In this document: positions 30,854-39,987 of the stretch, in pieces
How positions within the stretch are numbered: the stretch's first letter is position 1
Layout of the letters: each line of letters starts with the position of its first letter
Source of the DNA: Promethearchaeota archaeon
Lineage (GTDB): Archaea > Asgardarchaeota > Lokiarchaeia > Sigyniarchaeales > SOKP01
Direction of reading: 5' to 3'
Length of the DNA stretch: 64,000 bases
NCBI GenBank assembly: GCA_048940925.1
Contig: JBHLOC010000001.1
Location: 96,001-160,000, forward strand
Notes under the pieces: generated by a model
What the model saw: the letters and a program-made list of their open reading frames with translations, nothing else
Databases searched by the model: none
What the model was told of the DNA's origin: nothing
Translations under genes and position numbers: made by a program

Positions 30854-32362
30854 TTATAAATAATCTAATTTCTTTTTCAAATTTTTCCACTCCGTATAAA
30901 TCTTGTTGTAATCCTCCGCAATAGAAGAATTAGCCAAATGTTTTTCAAAATTTATTAACTCATTTACAATAGTTTTATAATTAGAATATAATTTCAAACC
31001 TACTAATACATTCATAGCACATCCTATAAATGCTGATTCTTTAATGACGGGGACATATAATTCTTTATTCAAAATATTTGTTAAAATAGTACAAATCTCC
31101 TTTGATTTAGTTAAACCCCCCGATGTAAATATTTTCACAGTTGAATCGGTAAAGTTATATAAAGCTTGAACGTTTTCTAATACTCCAAAACAAATATTTT
31201 CAATACAGCTCCTAGCAAAATTTTGTATTTTTGGTAAATCTTCACCAATCATACTGGGGGGCTGAAAAACAAAAATTCCCCTCTTAATTGAAGTCATATC
31301 TTTAAAAGTCATAAATTCAGGTCCTAAGAAAGCATATGTTGAACCCGCTCCAGGTTTACTATTATGTAAGTAAGTATCCATTAAGTCATTACCATTTACT
31401 AAGTTGCTATGTAGAAATGCATCTTTAAACCAATCATAAACTCTACCTGCACTTCCCGTATTTGCCTCAATTAGCCATTTATCATCTATGATGTGGCATT
31501 CTGTCCAAAAGTTTAACTCAGTGTCAAATATAGGTTTATTTACAACTAAATGAACTGGTGCTGTTGTGCCTAAAGTTATCCCTATATTTCCATTTTCAAT
31601 TACACCCATACCTATTAAATTTGCTTGAGTATCCCCACAACCTTTAACGACGGGAATTTCAGTTTGTTTTAAACCATATTCCTTAATTAGTTCTGACTTT
31701 AAATTTCCTATAACAGTTCCAGGGTTCACAATTTCAGGAAATAAATCATTATTAAAATTAAATGCATTGATAATTTCTGAACTCCATATTTTTTTATTTA
31801 CATCAAATAGCTGAGATTCACCGACAGATGTATAATCAGAATAACATTTTCCTGTAAGTTTATATCCAATCCAATCATCAAGCATCAAAATTTTACTAAT
31901 TTGTTTAAATTTATCTTCCCTCTCTTCTTGAAACCATAATAAACGAGCTAATATAAACATAACAGAAGGATTATGCCCTGTAATTTTAAAAAGTTCCTCT
32001 TCAGAGAAGTGATCTTCTATAAGATAGGCAGAATCAATACCTCTAATATCTGTATTAGGACCTCCATAGATTTCATGACCTGCTTTATCTAAGAAAATGG
32101 CAGCCATCCTTTGTCCACATGAAGATATTCCAAGTAATCTTTCTAATTTTCCCCTTTTTAATACTTCTTTAATACCGCTATTAATTTTTTTCCATATACT
32201 AGTCATATCAAATGATTTTGCAAATCCATCGATATCTTCATTAATTATTTCATAAGGATGAAATGAAGAGTTTTCTAATTCTAAATTTTCTGTAACCAAT
32301 CCTACTTTTATATTGTTGGAAGATATATCAATTGTTAGGATTTTATTATCAGAATTCTCCAT
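30854..32362 (-). CDS. FGGY carbohydrate kinase, YoaC/LsrK-like
   Basis: QR....LDK.G..IYGGPNTDIRG, LLWF, SQLFD, GDTQ, GTT, SGG..KS; atypical first motif DISSN. Confidence 0.85.
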   Translation of the reverse strand: MENSDNKILTIDISSNNIKVGLVTENLELENSSFHPYEIINEDIDGFAKSFDMTSIWKKINSGIKEVLKRGKLERLLGISSCGQRMAAIFLDKAGHEIYGGPNTDIRGIDSAYLIEDHFSEEELFKITGHNPSVMFILARLLWFQEEREDKFKQISKILMLDDWIGYKLTGKCYSDYTSVGESQLFDVNKKIWSSEIINAFNFNNDLFPEIVNPGTVIGNLKSELIKEYGLKQTEIPVVKGCGDTQANLIGMGVIENGNIGITLGTTAPVHLVVNKPIFDTELNFWTECHIIDDKWLIEANTGSAGRVYDWFKDAFLHSNLVNGNDLMDTYLHNSKPGAGSTYAFLGPEFMTFKDMTSIKRGIFVFQPPSMIGEDLPKIQNFARSCIENICFGVLENVQALYNFTDSTVKIFTSGGLTKSKEICTILTNILNKELYVPVIKESAFIGCAMNVLVGLKLYSNYKTIVNELINFEKHLANSSIAEDYNKIYTEWKNLKKKLDYL

Positions 32363-32472
32363 TTAATAGCTCTTCCTTATCTTCTCTTTACTCTATTTAT
32401 CTAAATTAAATGATAAAATATTTTTTTAAAGATTATTAACTTCCTTTTCTTAAGAATAAGATTATGCTATTT

Positions 32473-33102
32473 TCATAAATATTTCCTAACTACTTCTCCT
32501 CTTGGTGTCTTCTCTTCAAATAATATTGCTTGAAAAGAATAAATTCGAGTGTCTTTTTTTCTCCAAGCGTCTGGCGGTAACCAAGCTTTTGAGCATGTAT
32601 GTGAAAGAAATGTTTCTACATCCCATTTTCTGTCATGATCAACAGGTACTTGGGGAAGAAGTAAACCTCTTCTCATTCCTCTCTCAGCTATAAGTCCATC
32701 TCTCCCAATTACAATTTTATTAAGATACTCATTGGTATTTTCCACTTCAATTAATTTTGGTGGTGTTAATATCGATAATTCAATTACAATATTATCCATT
32801 TCTTCTAGTGATACAGAGGGGAATCGAGGATCTTCTATTGCTGAGCTTATGGATACTCTATGTATAACTTCATACAAAGAATATATAGGTTCAATATATC
32901 CAATACAACCTCTTAGAGGATTGCCAGTAACATTATTTTTATTTAAAGTGACAAATGCACCATATTTACCTTGAAATTTTTGTTTTATTTCTTCAGGTAT
33001 CGGAATTTTTCTATTGTTTTCAAGAAAGAATTCAATATTTTTTCGAGCAAAATCAATTAATAATTGACCGTCTTCTAAACTAAATTCATCACTTTCAATC
33101 AT
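32473..33102 (-). CDS. AMMECR1 domain protein (TIGR00296)
   Basis: GAFVTL, LRGCIG, DPRF, GRDGL, GLLLPQV. Confidence 0.93.
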   Translation of the reverse strand: MIESDEFSLEDGQLLIDFARKNIEFFLENNRKIPIPEEIKQKFQGKYGAFVTLNKNNVTGNPLRGCIGYIEPIYSLYEVIHRVSISSAIEDPRFPSVSLEEMDNIVIELSILTPPKLIEVENTNEYLNKIVIGRDGLIAERGMRRGLLLPQVPVDHDRKWDVETFLSHTCSKAWLPPDAWRKKDTRIYSFQAILFEEKTPRGEVVRKYL

Positions 33103-33162
33103 AATATAATTCTTATCTTACAGTTTTGTTATATATAATTATTTAGTCTTAGCATATATACT

Positions 33163-34557
33163 TTATAATTTTCTATATATTATTCGTCCATTTGGGTTAA
33201 TATTATCAGAATTAATTTCAATTCCCTTTAAAAATACTTTCCAAATCTGAACTATCGTTTTAAAATTTTCAAATGGAGAGAATTTTGCTCTCGTATTAAA
33301 TTTGTTAGATTTTATTTTATATTCCGATATTTTATCAACAATTAATAAATCTGCATCGTAACCTTTTTTGATAAATCCCTTGTTTTTTAAATTAAAAATT
33401 TTGGCAGGATTCTCAGATGAGGCTTTAACAAAATTCTCTAATGGAAGTTCGAAATTAAATACTTTATCGAGTAATAATAAGGGATATGTCTCAAAACCGG
33501 GGAAACCTGATGGTGCTTTAAGATATTCTACTGATTTTTCTTCTAATGTATGCGGTGAGTGGTCAGTGCCAATCAATTGTATTTTCCCTTCTTTCAACTC
33601 ATTAAATAAAAATTTAGGATGTTCTTCTGTTCTTAAGGGAGGTAATACTTTTCCATAATTATCATTTGTTAAATTAAGGTTATTTGACAATAGTAGATGA
33701 TGGGGGGTGACTTCAAAAGTTATCCTTAAGTTTTCATTTGAATTTAATGCTCTCTGGATATTTAAATAACTTTCTATACAACTTACATGACAAAAATGAA
33801 CAATTGGATATTTTTTTGTATTTAATTTCTTTATATTAATGATGTTCTCATAGTTTTGAATTATAAACGTAATATAATTTTCCTCAGTATGAACTGGATT
33901 TAATTGCTCATGTAATTCTAATATTGGTTGTTTTTGAGTTTTGAATTTTTCAAGAATATGCTCTCTTTCAGTAATAGAGAGAGGAAATGCAGCATGAATA
34001 AATATAGGGATTTGGTATTTAGAAGAAATTAAGAGGATTTTTTGAATATTAGCATTATCATTCCAATCAATGTCATTTAAAGGACTAAGGGGATAAATCT
34101 TAAATCCTATAACACCTAAATTAATAATTTTTTCGATTTCAGCTTCATCTATGTCTTTAGGGACTCCTGCTATAAATCCAACATCTATATAAATATTTTT
34201 TTTTGCTTTTATAATCCATAATTTTACTTGTTCTTCAGTAATAGCAGGTGGTTTGGTGTTTGGCATATTGAATACTGTTGTTATTCCTGAATTTGCTGCT
34301 GCCAATGTTCCAGTTAAAAATGTTTCTTTTTCTTTTTGGTCCATATCTCTCAAATGAGAATGAATATCAATTATACCTGGTAAGACTAATTTATTTAGAC
34401 AATCAATCTCTTTACCATCTTGGTTTTTTTTAACTAACTCTTTAAATTCTTGTGCGTTAGGCATAAATTTGATTTGATTTATAATACCATCATTGATGAG
34501 AATAGCTCCAATATGAATTAAACCCTTAGAATAAACTCTCGCATTTTTTAAAATCAT
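33163..34557 (-). CDS. pyrC: Dihydroorotase family amidohydrolase
   Basis: PGIIDIHSHLRD, MPNT.P, HVS, EVTPHH, PPLR, GTDHSPH, ADL. Confidence 0.85.
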   Translation of the reverse strand: MILKNARVYSKGLIHIGAILINDGIINQIKFMPNAQEFKELVKKNQDGKEIDCLNKLVLPGIIDIHSHLRDMDQKEKETFLTGTLAAANSGITTVFNMPNTKPPAITEEQVKLWIIKAKKNIYIDVGFIAGVPKDIDEAEIEKIINLGVIGFKIYPLSPLNDIDWNDNANIQKILLISSKYQIPIFIHAAFPLSITEREHILEKFKTQKQPILELHEQLNPVHTEENYITFIIQNYENIINIKKLNTKKYPIVHFCHVSCIESYLNIQRALNSNENLRITFEVTPHHLLLSNNLNLTNDNYGKVLPPLRTEEHPKFLFNELKEGKIQLIGTDHSPHTLEEKSVEYLKAPSGFPGFETYPLLLLDKVFNFELPLENFVKASSENPAKIFNLKNKGFIKKGYDADLLIVDKISEYKIKSNKFNTRAKFSPFENFKTIVQIWKVFLKGIEINSDNINPNGRIIYRKL

Positions 34558-34566
34558 AGCTATGTT

Positions 34567-35229
34567 TTAATATTTTAGATTTGTTTGTTGGTCCTTATGA
34601 AAATTTAAATACAGAATTATGTTTTCTATTCTTTTCACTTTTGGAATGGATAATCTCCTTATATTTTTTAAGGTTGTGAATAATTCTAAAAATTCTGTAT
34701 TTTCATTTAAAAAATTATAAGTCGAAATTATATAAAAATCATTATCCAAAATGGCGAAGAAGTCCTTATCTAAAGAAATGATATCTAGTTTTTTATTGTT
34801 TTTTTTAAAATTATCTAAAAGAAGATAATACGTTCCCATATTATTGGAAAAAAAAGAATTCATAAACATGATATCATCAGAATATTTTTTTATATATATT
34901 CCAGGAGTTGACTTTTCCCATCTTTCATATTCTGGAGAGTTGATCTGTTTAGCTTTATTTAAGGCCTTACCTAAAAGTAATGCTTGAGATCTTTCATCAG
35001 GACCTAAATATCTTAATTCCTTTCCTTTAAATTTAATTATAATATGTTCTCTTTCAAAATATAAATATAGATTATTATCTTTTCTGATAGAATAAGATAA
35101 ACAGAAGGCTTCTCTAATACATGAACATAATTCGTAAATTAAAATAGGAATAGTTCCTTTATCAATTTCCTTTTTACTAAAGTAGGTAATCTTTTTTATT
35201 AGAAGGAGAAAATTAACCAATTTAATCAA
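34567..35229 (-). CDS. TrmY-like SPOUT protein with degenerate C-terminal half
   Basis: LCSCI.EAF.LS..IRKD, ELRYLGPDERS.A.LL.KAL, STPGI match the TrmY N-terminal half. Confidence 0.65.
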   Translation of the reverse strand: MIKLVNFLLLIKKITYFSKKEIDKGTIPILIYELCSCIREAFCLSYSIRKDNNLYLYFEREHIIIKFKGKELRYLGPDERSQALLLGKALNKAKQINSPEYERWEKSTPGIYIKKYSDDIMFMNSFFSNNMGTYYLLLDNFKKNNKKLDIISLDKDFFAILDNDFYIISTYNFLNENTEFLELFTTLKNIRRLSIPKVKRIENIILYLNFHKDQQTNLKY

Positions 35230-35251
35230 ATAATAGTTTCTAATTATTATT

Positions 35252-36625
35252 CTAAAATTTCCCCAATTTTTTCATAAAGTTTGCTGCCGCTTTTCCCCCA
35301 GGGAATCCCGGCAATCCTGGGACTATTTTCCCTTTTTTCTGCATTTGAAGGAATCTTCGCATAAATTTTTTCATTTGTGAATATTGTTCAAGCATCCGAT
35401 TAATTACTGCATATTCTGTCCCACTTCCAATAGCAATTCTTCTTTTTCGTGTTTTTTTAATGATTTTGGGGTTGATCTTCTCATCATGTGTCATCGAGTC
35501 TAGCACTATTCGCCATTTTTCTAGATTTCTCTCAGCATCTTCCTTTAAAACATCAGGGATATTACCACCCCCCATCATAGATAAAATCTGTTCGAATTTA
35601 CCAACTTTCTTTATGTTCTTAAGTTGTACATATAAATCTTCGAGAGTAAATTTCCCCATTATCATCCTTCTGACAGTTTCATCATCTGGAACGAGTTCTG
35701 CTTCTTGTACTTTTTGAACTAAACTTTCTATATCAGGTATACCAAGTAAAGTGCCTACAAATTTAGAGGATTCAAATTCTTCGAAATTTTCTATTTTTTC
35801 TCCTGTCCCTATAAAACGGATACCCACATTTGCTGCTGCGCAAGCCGATAAGGCACCACCACCTTTTGCAGTTCCATCTAATTTAGTGACGATGATTGAA
35901 CCTAAATTAGTAGTCTGAGCAAAAGCTTCTGCTTGTTTAAATGCTTGTTGACCTAAAGTGCCATCTATTACTAAAATGATTTCATTAGGTTTTAATTTTT
36001 CTTCAAGAATTGACATTTCTTTCATTAATTCTTTTTCTTCTTTATGTCTACCTGCAGTATCTGCGATAATTAGGTCATTTCCATCGTTTATTGCTCTTTT
36101 TGTTTCTTGAATAGCTATTTTAATAGCATTTTTTTCATTAGGATTACCATAACACTTTATTCCCACTTGCTCTGATAATTGAACAAGCTGTTCATAAGCT
36201 CCAGGACGCCAAGTATCAGTAGTTAGAGTAGCAACATTAAATCCTTTACTTCTATAAAATTTAGCTAATTTCGCAACTGTAGTTGTCTTACCTGAACCTT
36301 GAATGCCTACAAGTAGAATTACGTTCTTCTTACCTGGTTTAATACGTATAGGAGCTGGCTTCCCTCCTAAAAGTTTGATTAATTCATCATGTACTAATTT
36401 TATTACAAAATCTTTCCTTCTTGCTTTTTGAAGTTTTGTATTTGTGGCATCCTTTCTAATATTTTCTGTCATCTGGAAAACTAATTCCACTTTCACATCC
36501 GAACTAAGTAAACTTCGTTGTAAATCCTGAATAAGTACATTTATTGCATCCTTATCTACAATTGGAAGGCGTCTAATTTTTCGAATTGCATTATCCAAAG
36601 ATCTACCAAGTTGTGATAAAACCAT
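35252..36625 (-). CDS. srp54: Signal recognition particle protein SRP54
   Basis: GIQGSGKTT, DTWRPGA, DTAGR, TKLDG.AKGGG, M-domain SMT..E...P, RIA.GSG. Confidence 0.97.
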   Translation of the reverse strand: MVLSQLGRSLDNAIRKIRRLPIVDKDAINVLIQDLQRSLLSSDVKVELVFQMTENIRKDATNTKLQKARRKDFVIKLVHDELIKLLGGKPAPIRIKPGKKNVILLVGIQGSGKTTTVAKLAKFYRSKGFNVATLTTDTWRPGAYEQLVQLSEQVGIKCYGNPNEKNAIKIAIQETKRAINDGNDLIIADTAGRHKEEKELMKEMSILEEKLKPNEIILVIDGTLGQQAFKQAEAFAQTTNLGSIIVTKLDGTAKGGGALSACAAANVGIRFIGTGEKIENFEEFESSKFVGTLLGIPDIESLVQKVQEAELVPDDETVRRMIMGKFTLEDLYVQLKNIKKVGKFEQILSMMGGGNIPDVLKEDAERNLEKWRIVLDSMTHDEKINPKIIKKTRKRRIAIGSGTEYAVINRMLEQYSQMKKFMRRFLQMQKKGKIVPGLPGFPGGKAAANFMKKLGKF

Positions 36626-36777
36626 TAAATTCCAGCTTAAGATGTAGTTAAAATATTTGAGATTATACTCAAAAACTAAAATTTTTTTTTAAATAAATAT
36701 ATTATATAATAAATTAAAAGAAATGTCAAAATTAAAAATATTTGGATAAAAATTGATAAACTAAGGTGGAAAAATAG

Positions 36778-37206
36778 GTGTCTATAAGAAGAACAGAGAT
36801 ACAAAAGTTGAAATCAGGGCAATATATTATGGTTGATGAAGAACCCTGCATTATTAAAAGTACTGAGCGTTCTAAGAGTGGAAAACATGGTCATGCGAAA
36901 GTAAGAGTTGTTTGTGTTGGTATGTTTGATAATAATAAAAGATCATTAACATTTCCTAGTGGTTCGATGGTAGAAATACCTGAAATTATCAAAGGAAATG
37001 CTCAAATTAATTTTATAGAAGATGCTTCGATCAATATAATGGATCTAGAATCTTATGAATCAATTGATGTTGATTGGCCCGCTGATGAGACACTAATGAG
37101 GAAATTAAAAGATCTTCAAACAAATCCTGATAAAATTTCAGCTACTCAAGTAGAATATTGGCAATTAGCTGGTAAAACACTTATTAATAGAGTTTTTACA
37201 AATTAG
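36778..37206 (+). CDS. eif5a: Translation factor aIF-5A
   Basis: SKSGKHGHAK hypusination motif. Confidence 0.96.
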   Translation: MSIRRTEIQKLKSGQYIMVDEEPCIIKSTERSKSGKHGHAKVRVVCVGMFDNNKRSLTFPSGSMVEIPEIIKGNAQINFIEDASINIMDLESYESIDVDWPADETLMRKLKDLQTNPDKISATQVEYWQLAGKTLINRVFTN

Positions 37207-37326
37207 GCACATATAAATTATATTACGGTTTCATAAGTCATTAAATTTATTTTTTAAACAATTATTTATTTTTGTTATAACTAATATTTAATTAGTTAGG
37301 ATCTTATTAAAGAATGGCATAAAACC

Positions 37327-38223
37327 ATGGAAAAAAAACCTATTGCTATAGCTTGCAGATTAGATTCTGAAAGAGCAATTAAAGTAGCAAAGAGAATATT
37401 TGAATTTTTAATTCAAAAAGGGGAAGTAGTTTATTTAGAAACGAGAATCGCTCCTAAAATATTCCCCCATAATGCTATGGATTTAGCAGAAATGACCACG
37501 GAGAATATTAAATTTATTGTTATAATAGGTGGTGATGGATCAATATTAAGAGTTGCAAGTGGCTTATCTCAAAAAGACCCACCGCCTATTTTGGGAGTTA
37601 ATGTTGGTTCGATAGGTTTTTTAGACGAATCTAATGAAAGAACTATATTTAGAGATTTAAAAGCCGCTTTAAATGGTGAATATGAGTGTGAAATATGCTC
37701 GAAAATTACAGCTTATATCCTAAAAAACTCTGAAGAAGTAAAACTTAGTAATGCATTGAATGAAGTATTAATTGTATCCTCTAAAAGCTCTAAGGTTTTG
37801 CAAGTCTCAATTATAATTAACGGTACCTTTTTAAATCGATCCTATTTAGATGGGATCATAATTTCTACTTCTACTGGCTCCACAGCCTATAATTTAAGTG
37901 CCGGAGGAGCAATAGTCAATCCAAATTTAGATATAATGCAAATAACTCCTTTAAATAGTTTTGCTAGATCCGGATTAAAACCAATAATAGTCCCAATAGA
38001 CTCTGAAATAGAGATCCAGCTTTTAAGACCACGTTTAAATGCTAAAATTGTCATAGATGGTCAAAGGACTTTTAAAAAAATTCCTCCTAATACTAAAATT
38101 AAAATCCGTAAATCAAACTCTCAAACAAAATTCATTCGATTTAATAGAAGTTATTATTCTCGTTTGAGGAAGAAAATTATAGGAACCTTGAGAGTACCTC
38201 TTGATGATTCACCTGAAGAATGA
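37327..38223 (+). CDS. nadK: NAD(+) kinase
   Basis: GGDGS, GFL, NE, DGIIIST.TGSTAYNLSAGG. Confidence 0.95.
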   Translation: MEKKPIAIACRLDSERAIKVAKRIFEFLIQKGEVVYLETRIAPKIFPHNAMDLAEMTTENIKFIVIIGGDGSILRVASGLSQKDPPPILGVNVGSIGFLDESNERTIFRDLKAALNGEYECEICSKITAYILKNSEEVKLSNALNEVLIVSSKSSKVLQVSIIINGTFLNRSYLDGIIISTSTGSTAYNLSAGGAIVNPNLDIMQITPLNSFARSGLKPIIVPIDSEIEIQLLRPRLNAKIVIDGQRTFKKIPPNTKIKIRKSNSQTKFIRFNRSYYSRLRKKIIGTLRVPLDDSPEE

Positions 38224-38227
38224 TAAT

Positions 38228-38773
38228 ATGAAAGATGAATATTTAATAGCTGTTTTTGATACAAACATATTCCTTACGGGAATTGATTTTAATATATTCA
38301 AAAACATAATATATACTACTCCAAGTGTAATTGAAGAAGTAGAAGCTAGTAAATACATGGAAAAAAATAGAAGTATCTTAAATAGGATTTATGCTGCAAT
38401 TGAAAGTAAAAAATTACGTATAAAAACTCCTGATCTTAAATTTGTGCAAGATGTAAATAAAAAATCCAAAATAACAGGTGATTTAAATGCATTATCTAAA
38501 GTTGATAAAGAACTAATAGCCTTAACATTGGAGTTAATTGAGAATTATCCTCAACAAGTTAAGCTTTATACTAATGATTATTCAATTGAGAATGTATGTT
38601 CTGGATTTGAAATACCCTTTTCATCATTATATAAAGAAGGTATTGAGAAAAAGATAATATGGGAAGTTTTTTGTCCGAATTGTAGAACCATTTACAAAGC
38701 TGAAGATTTTAAAAAAGTTTGTGAAAATTGTGGTCTTAAACTAAAAAGACGTCCAAAAAATAAAATCATGTAA
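38228..38773 (+). CDS. nob1: Nob1 PIN endonuclease with zinc ribbon (ORF-track start 38201; ATG 38228 more likely)
   Basis: FDTN, TTPSVIEE, TGD...LS.VD, TNDYSIEN, CPNC...CENCG. Confidence 0.9.
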   Translation: MKDEYLIAVFDTNIFLTGIDFNIFKNIIYTTPSVIEEVEASKYMEKNRSILNRIYAAIESKKLRIKTPDLKFVQDVNKKSKITGDLNALSKVDKELIALTLELIENYPQQVKLYTNDYSIENVCSGFEIPFSSLYKEGIEKKIIWEVFCPNCRTIYKAEDFKKVCENCGLKLKRRPKNKIM

Positions 38774-38842
38774 TAGTGGAAGTTATATAAGTTGTATGAT
38801 ATAATATAATGGCTAAAGCAAAAAAAGGATATGTAAGAGAAA

Positions 38843-39898
38843 ATGGGTGTAAAAATCGGAGAACTAGTAAAGGAAGTTAAAAGAACCATCACATTTGAAA
38901 ATCTTTTTAAAAAAAATATAGCAATTGATGCATTTAATACGATTTATCAATTTTTAGCAATAATTCGCCAAAGAGATGGTACTCCATTGAAGGATTATCA
39001 AGGAAATATAACTTCTCACCTATCTGGTTTGTTCTATAGGAATATAAACTTCTTGGAGCATCACATTAAACCTATTTATGTATTTGATGGTGAACCTTCA
39101 GAATTAAAACTAGAAACAATAAGAGAACGGAAAAAAATTAAAGAAGATGCTACTAAAAAAATGATTGAAGCTCAAGATGCTGAAGATTTTGCCCAAGCTA
39201 AAAAATTTGCCCAATTTACTTCAAAATTAGATGCTGGAATGATTGAAGAGAGTAAGAAATTGATAAAACATATGGGAATTCCAATAGTACAAGCAAGCTC
39301 TGAAGGAGAAGCTCAGGCAGCTTACATGGTTGATCGAGGGGATGCTTGGGCATGTGCTTCTCAAGATTATGATACTTTATTATTTGGTGGTAAACGTTTA
39401 GTTCGTAATTTTGCCATTAGCAGGAGTAAAAAAGTAAAAGAAACTACTGTTACTTTAGATATTGAATATGTCTCGTTAGCCAAATTTCTGAAAAACCTTG
39501 ATATCACTCGAGAACAATTAATAGAGATGGGAGTGTTAATAGGTACAGATTTCTTCTCTGGTGTTAAAGGTATTGGTCAAAAAATAGCTTTAGATCTAAT
39601 AAAGAAACATGGCTCTATAGAAAATATTATGAAGAGTGAGGTTAAAGTTGGAGGGAAGGTGATTTCTTTAGATTTGGAGATAGTTGAAAGTATTAAAAAT
39701 ATCTTTCTACATCCTGATATTAGTAAGGATTATCATATAACAAAATCTAAAGGAATTGACTTAGAAAAAATAGAAGAATTATTAATAGAACAACACAATT
39801 TCTCAAAGCAGAGGGTAGAAAATGCTTTAGAAAGATTGAGGAAATTAAAAGATAGTAAAGTTCAAGTTTCATTGGATAATTATTTCAAAAGAAATTGA
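38843..39898 (+). CDS. fen: Flap endonuclease 1
   Basis: MGV, YQFL.IIRQ.DG.PL, TSHLSG, EGEAQAA, SQDYD, GTD, C-terminal PIP box QVSLDNYF. Confidence 0.97.
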   Translation: MGVKIGELVKEVKRTITFENLFKKNIAIDAFNTIYQFLAIIRQRDGTPLKDYQGNITSHLSGLFYRNINFLEHHIKPIYVFDGEPSELKLETIRERKKIKEDATKKMIEAQDAEDFAQAKKFAQFTSKLDAGMIEESKKLIKHMGIPIVQASSEGEAQAAYMVDRGDAWACASQDYDTLLFGGKRLVRNFAISRSKKVKETTVTLDIEYVSLAKFLKNLDITREQLIEMGVLIGTDFFSGVKGIGQKIALDLIKKHGSIENIMKSEVKVGGKVISLDLEIVESIKNIFLHPDISKDYHITKSKGIDLEKIEELLIEQHNFSKQRVENALERLRKLKDSKVQVSLDNYFKRN

Positions 39899-39987
39899 AC
39901 TAGTATTAAAGAAAAAAAGCAAAAATTTTTACAAAATTAATTTTTTTAAATATTAAATAATGATAATTTGCAAATTACAGAATTAAT

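Noticed and set aside
30854-32362. Calling the kinase LsrK and the region an AI-2 quorum-sensing locus
   Set aside because: No lsrABCD, lsrF, lsrG, lsrR or luxS in the window; the similarity is only at subfamily level.
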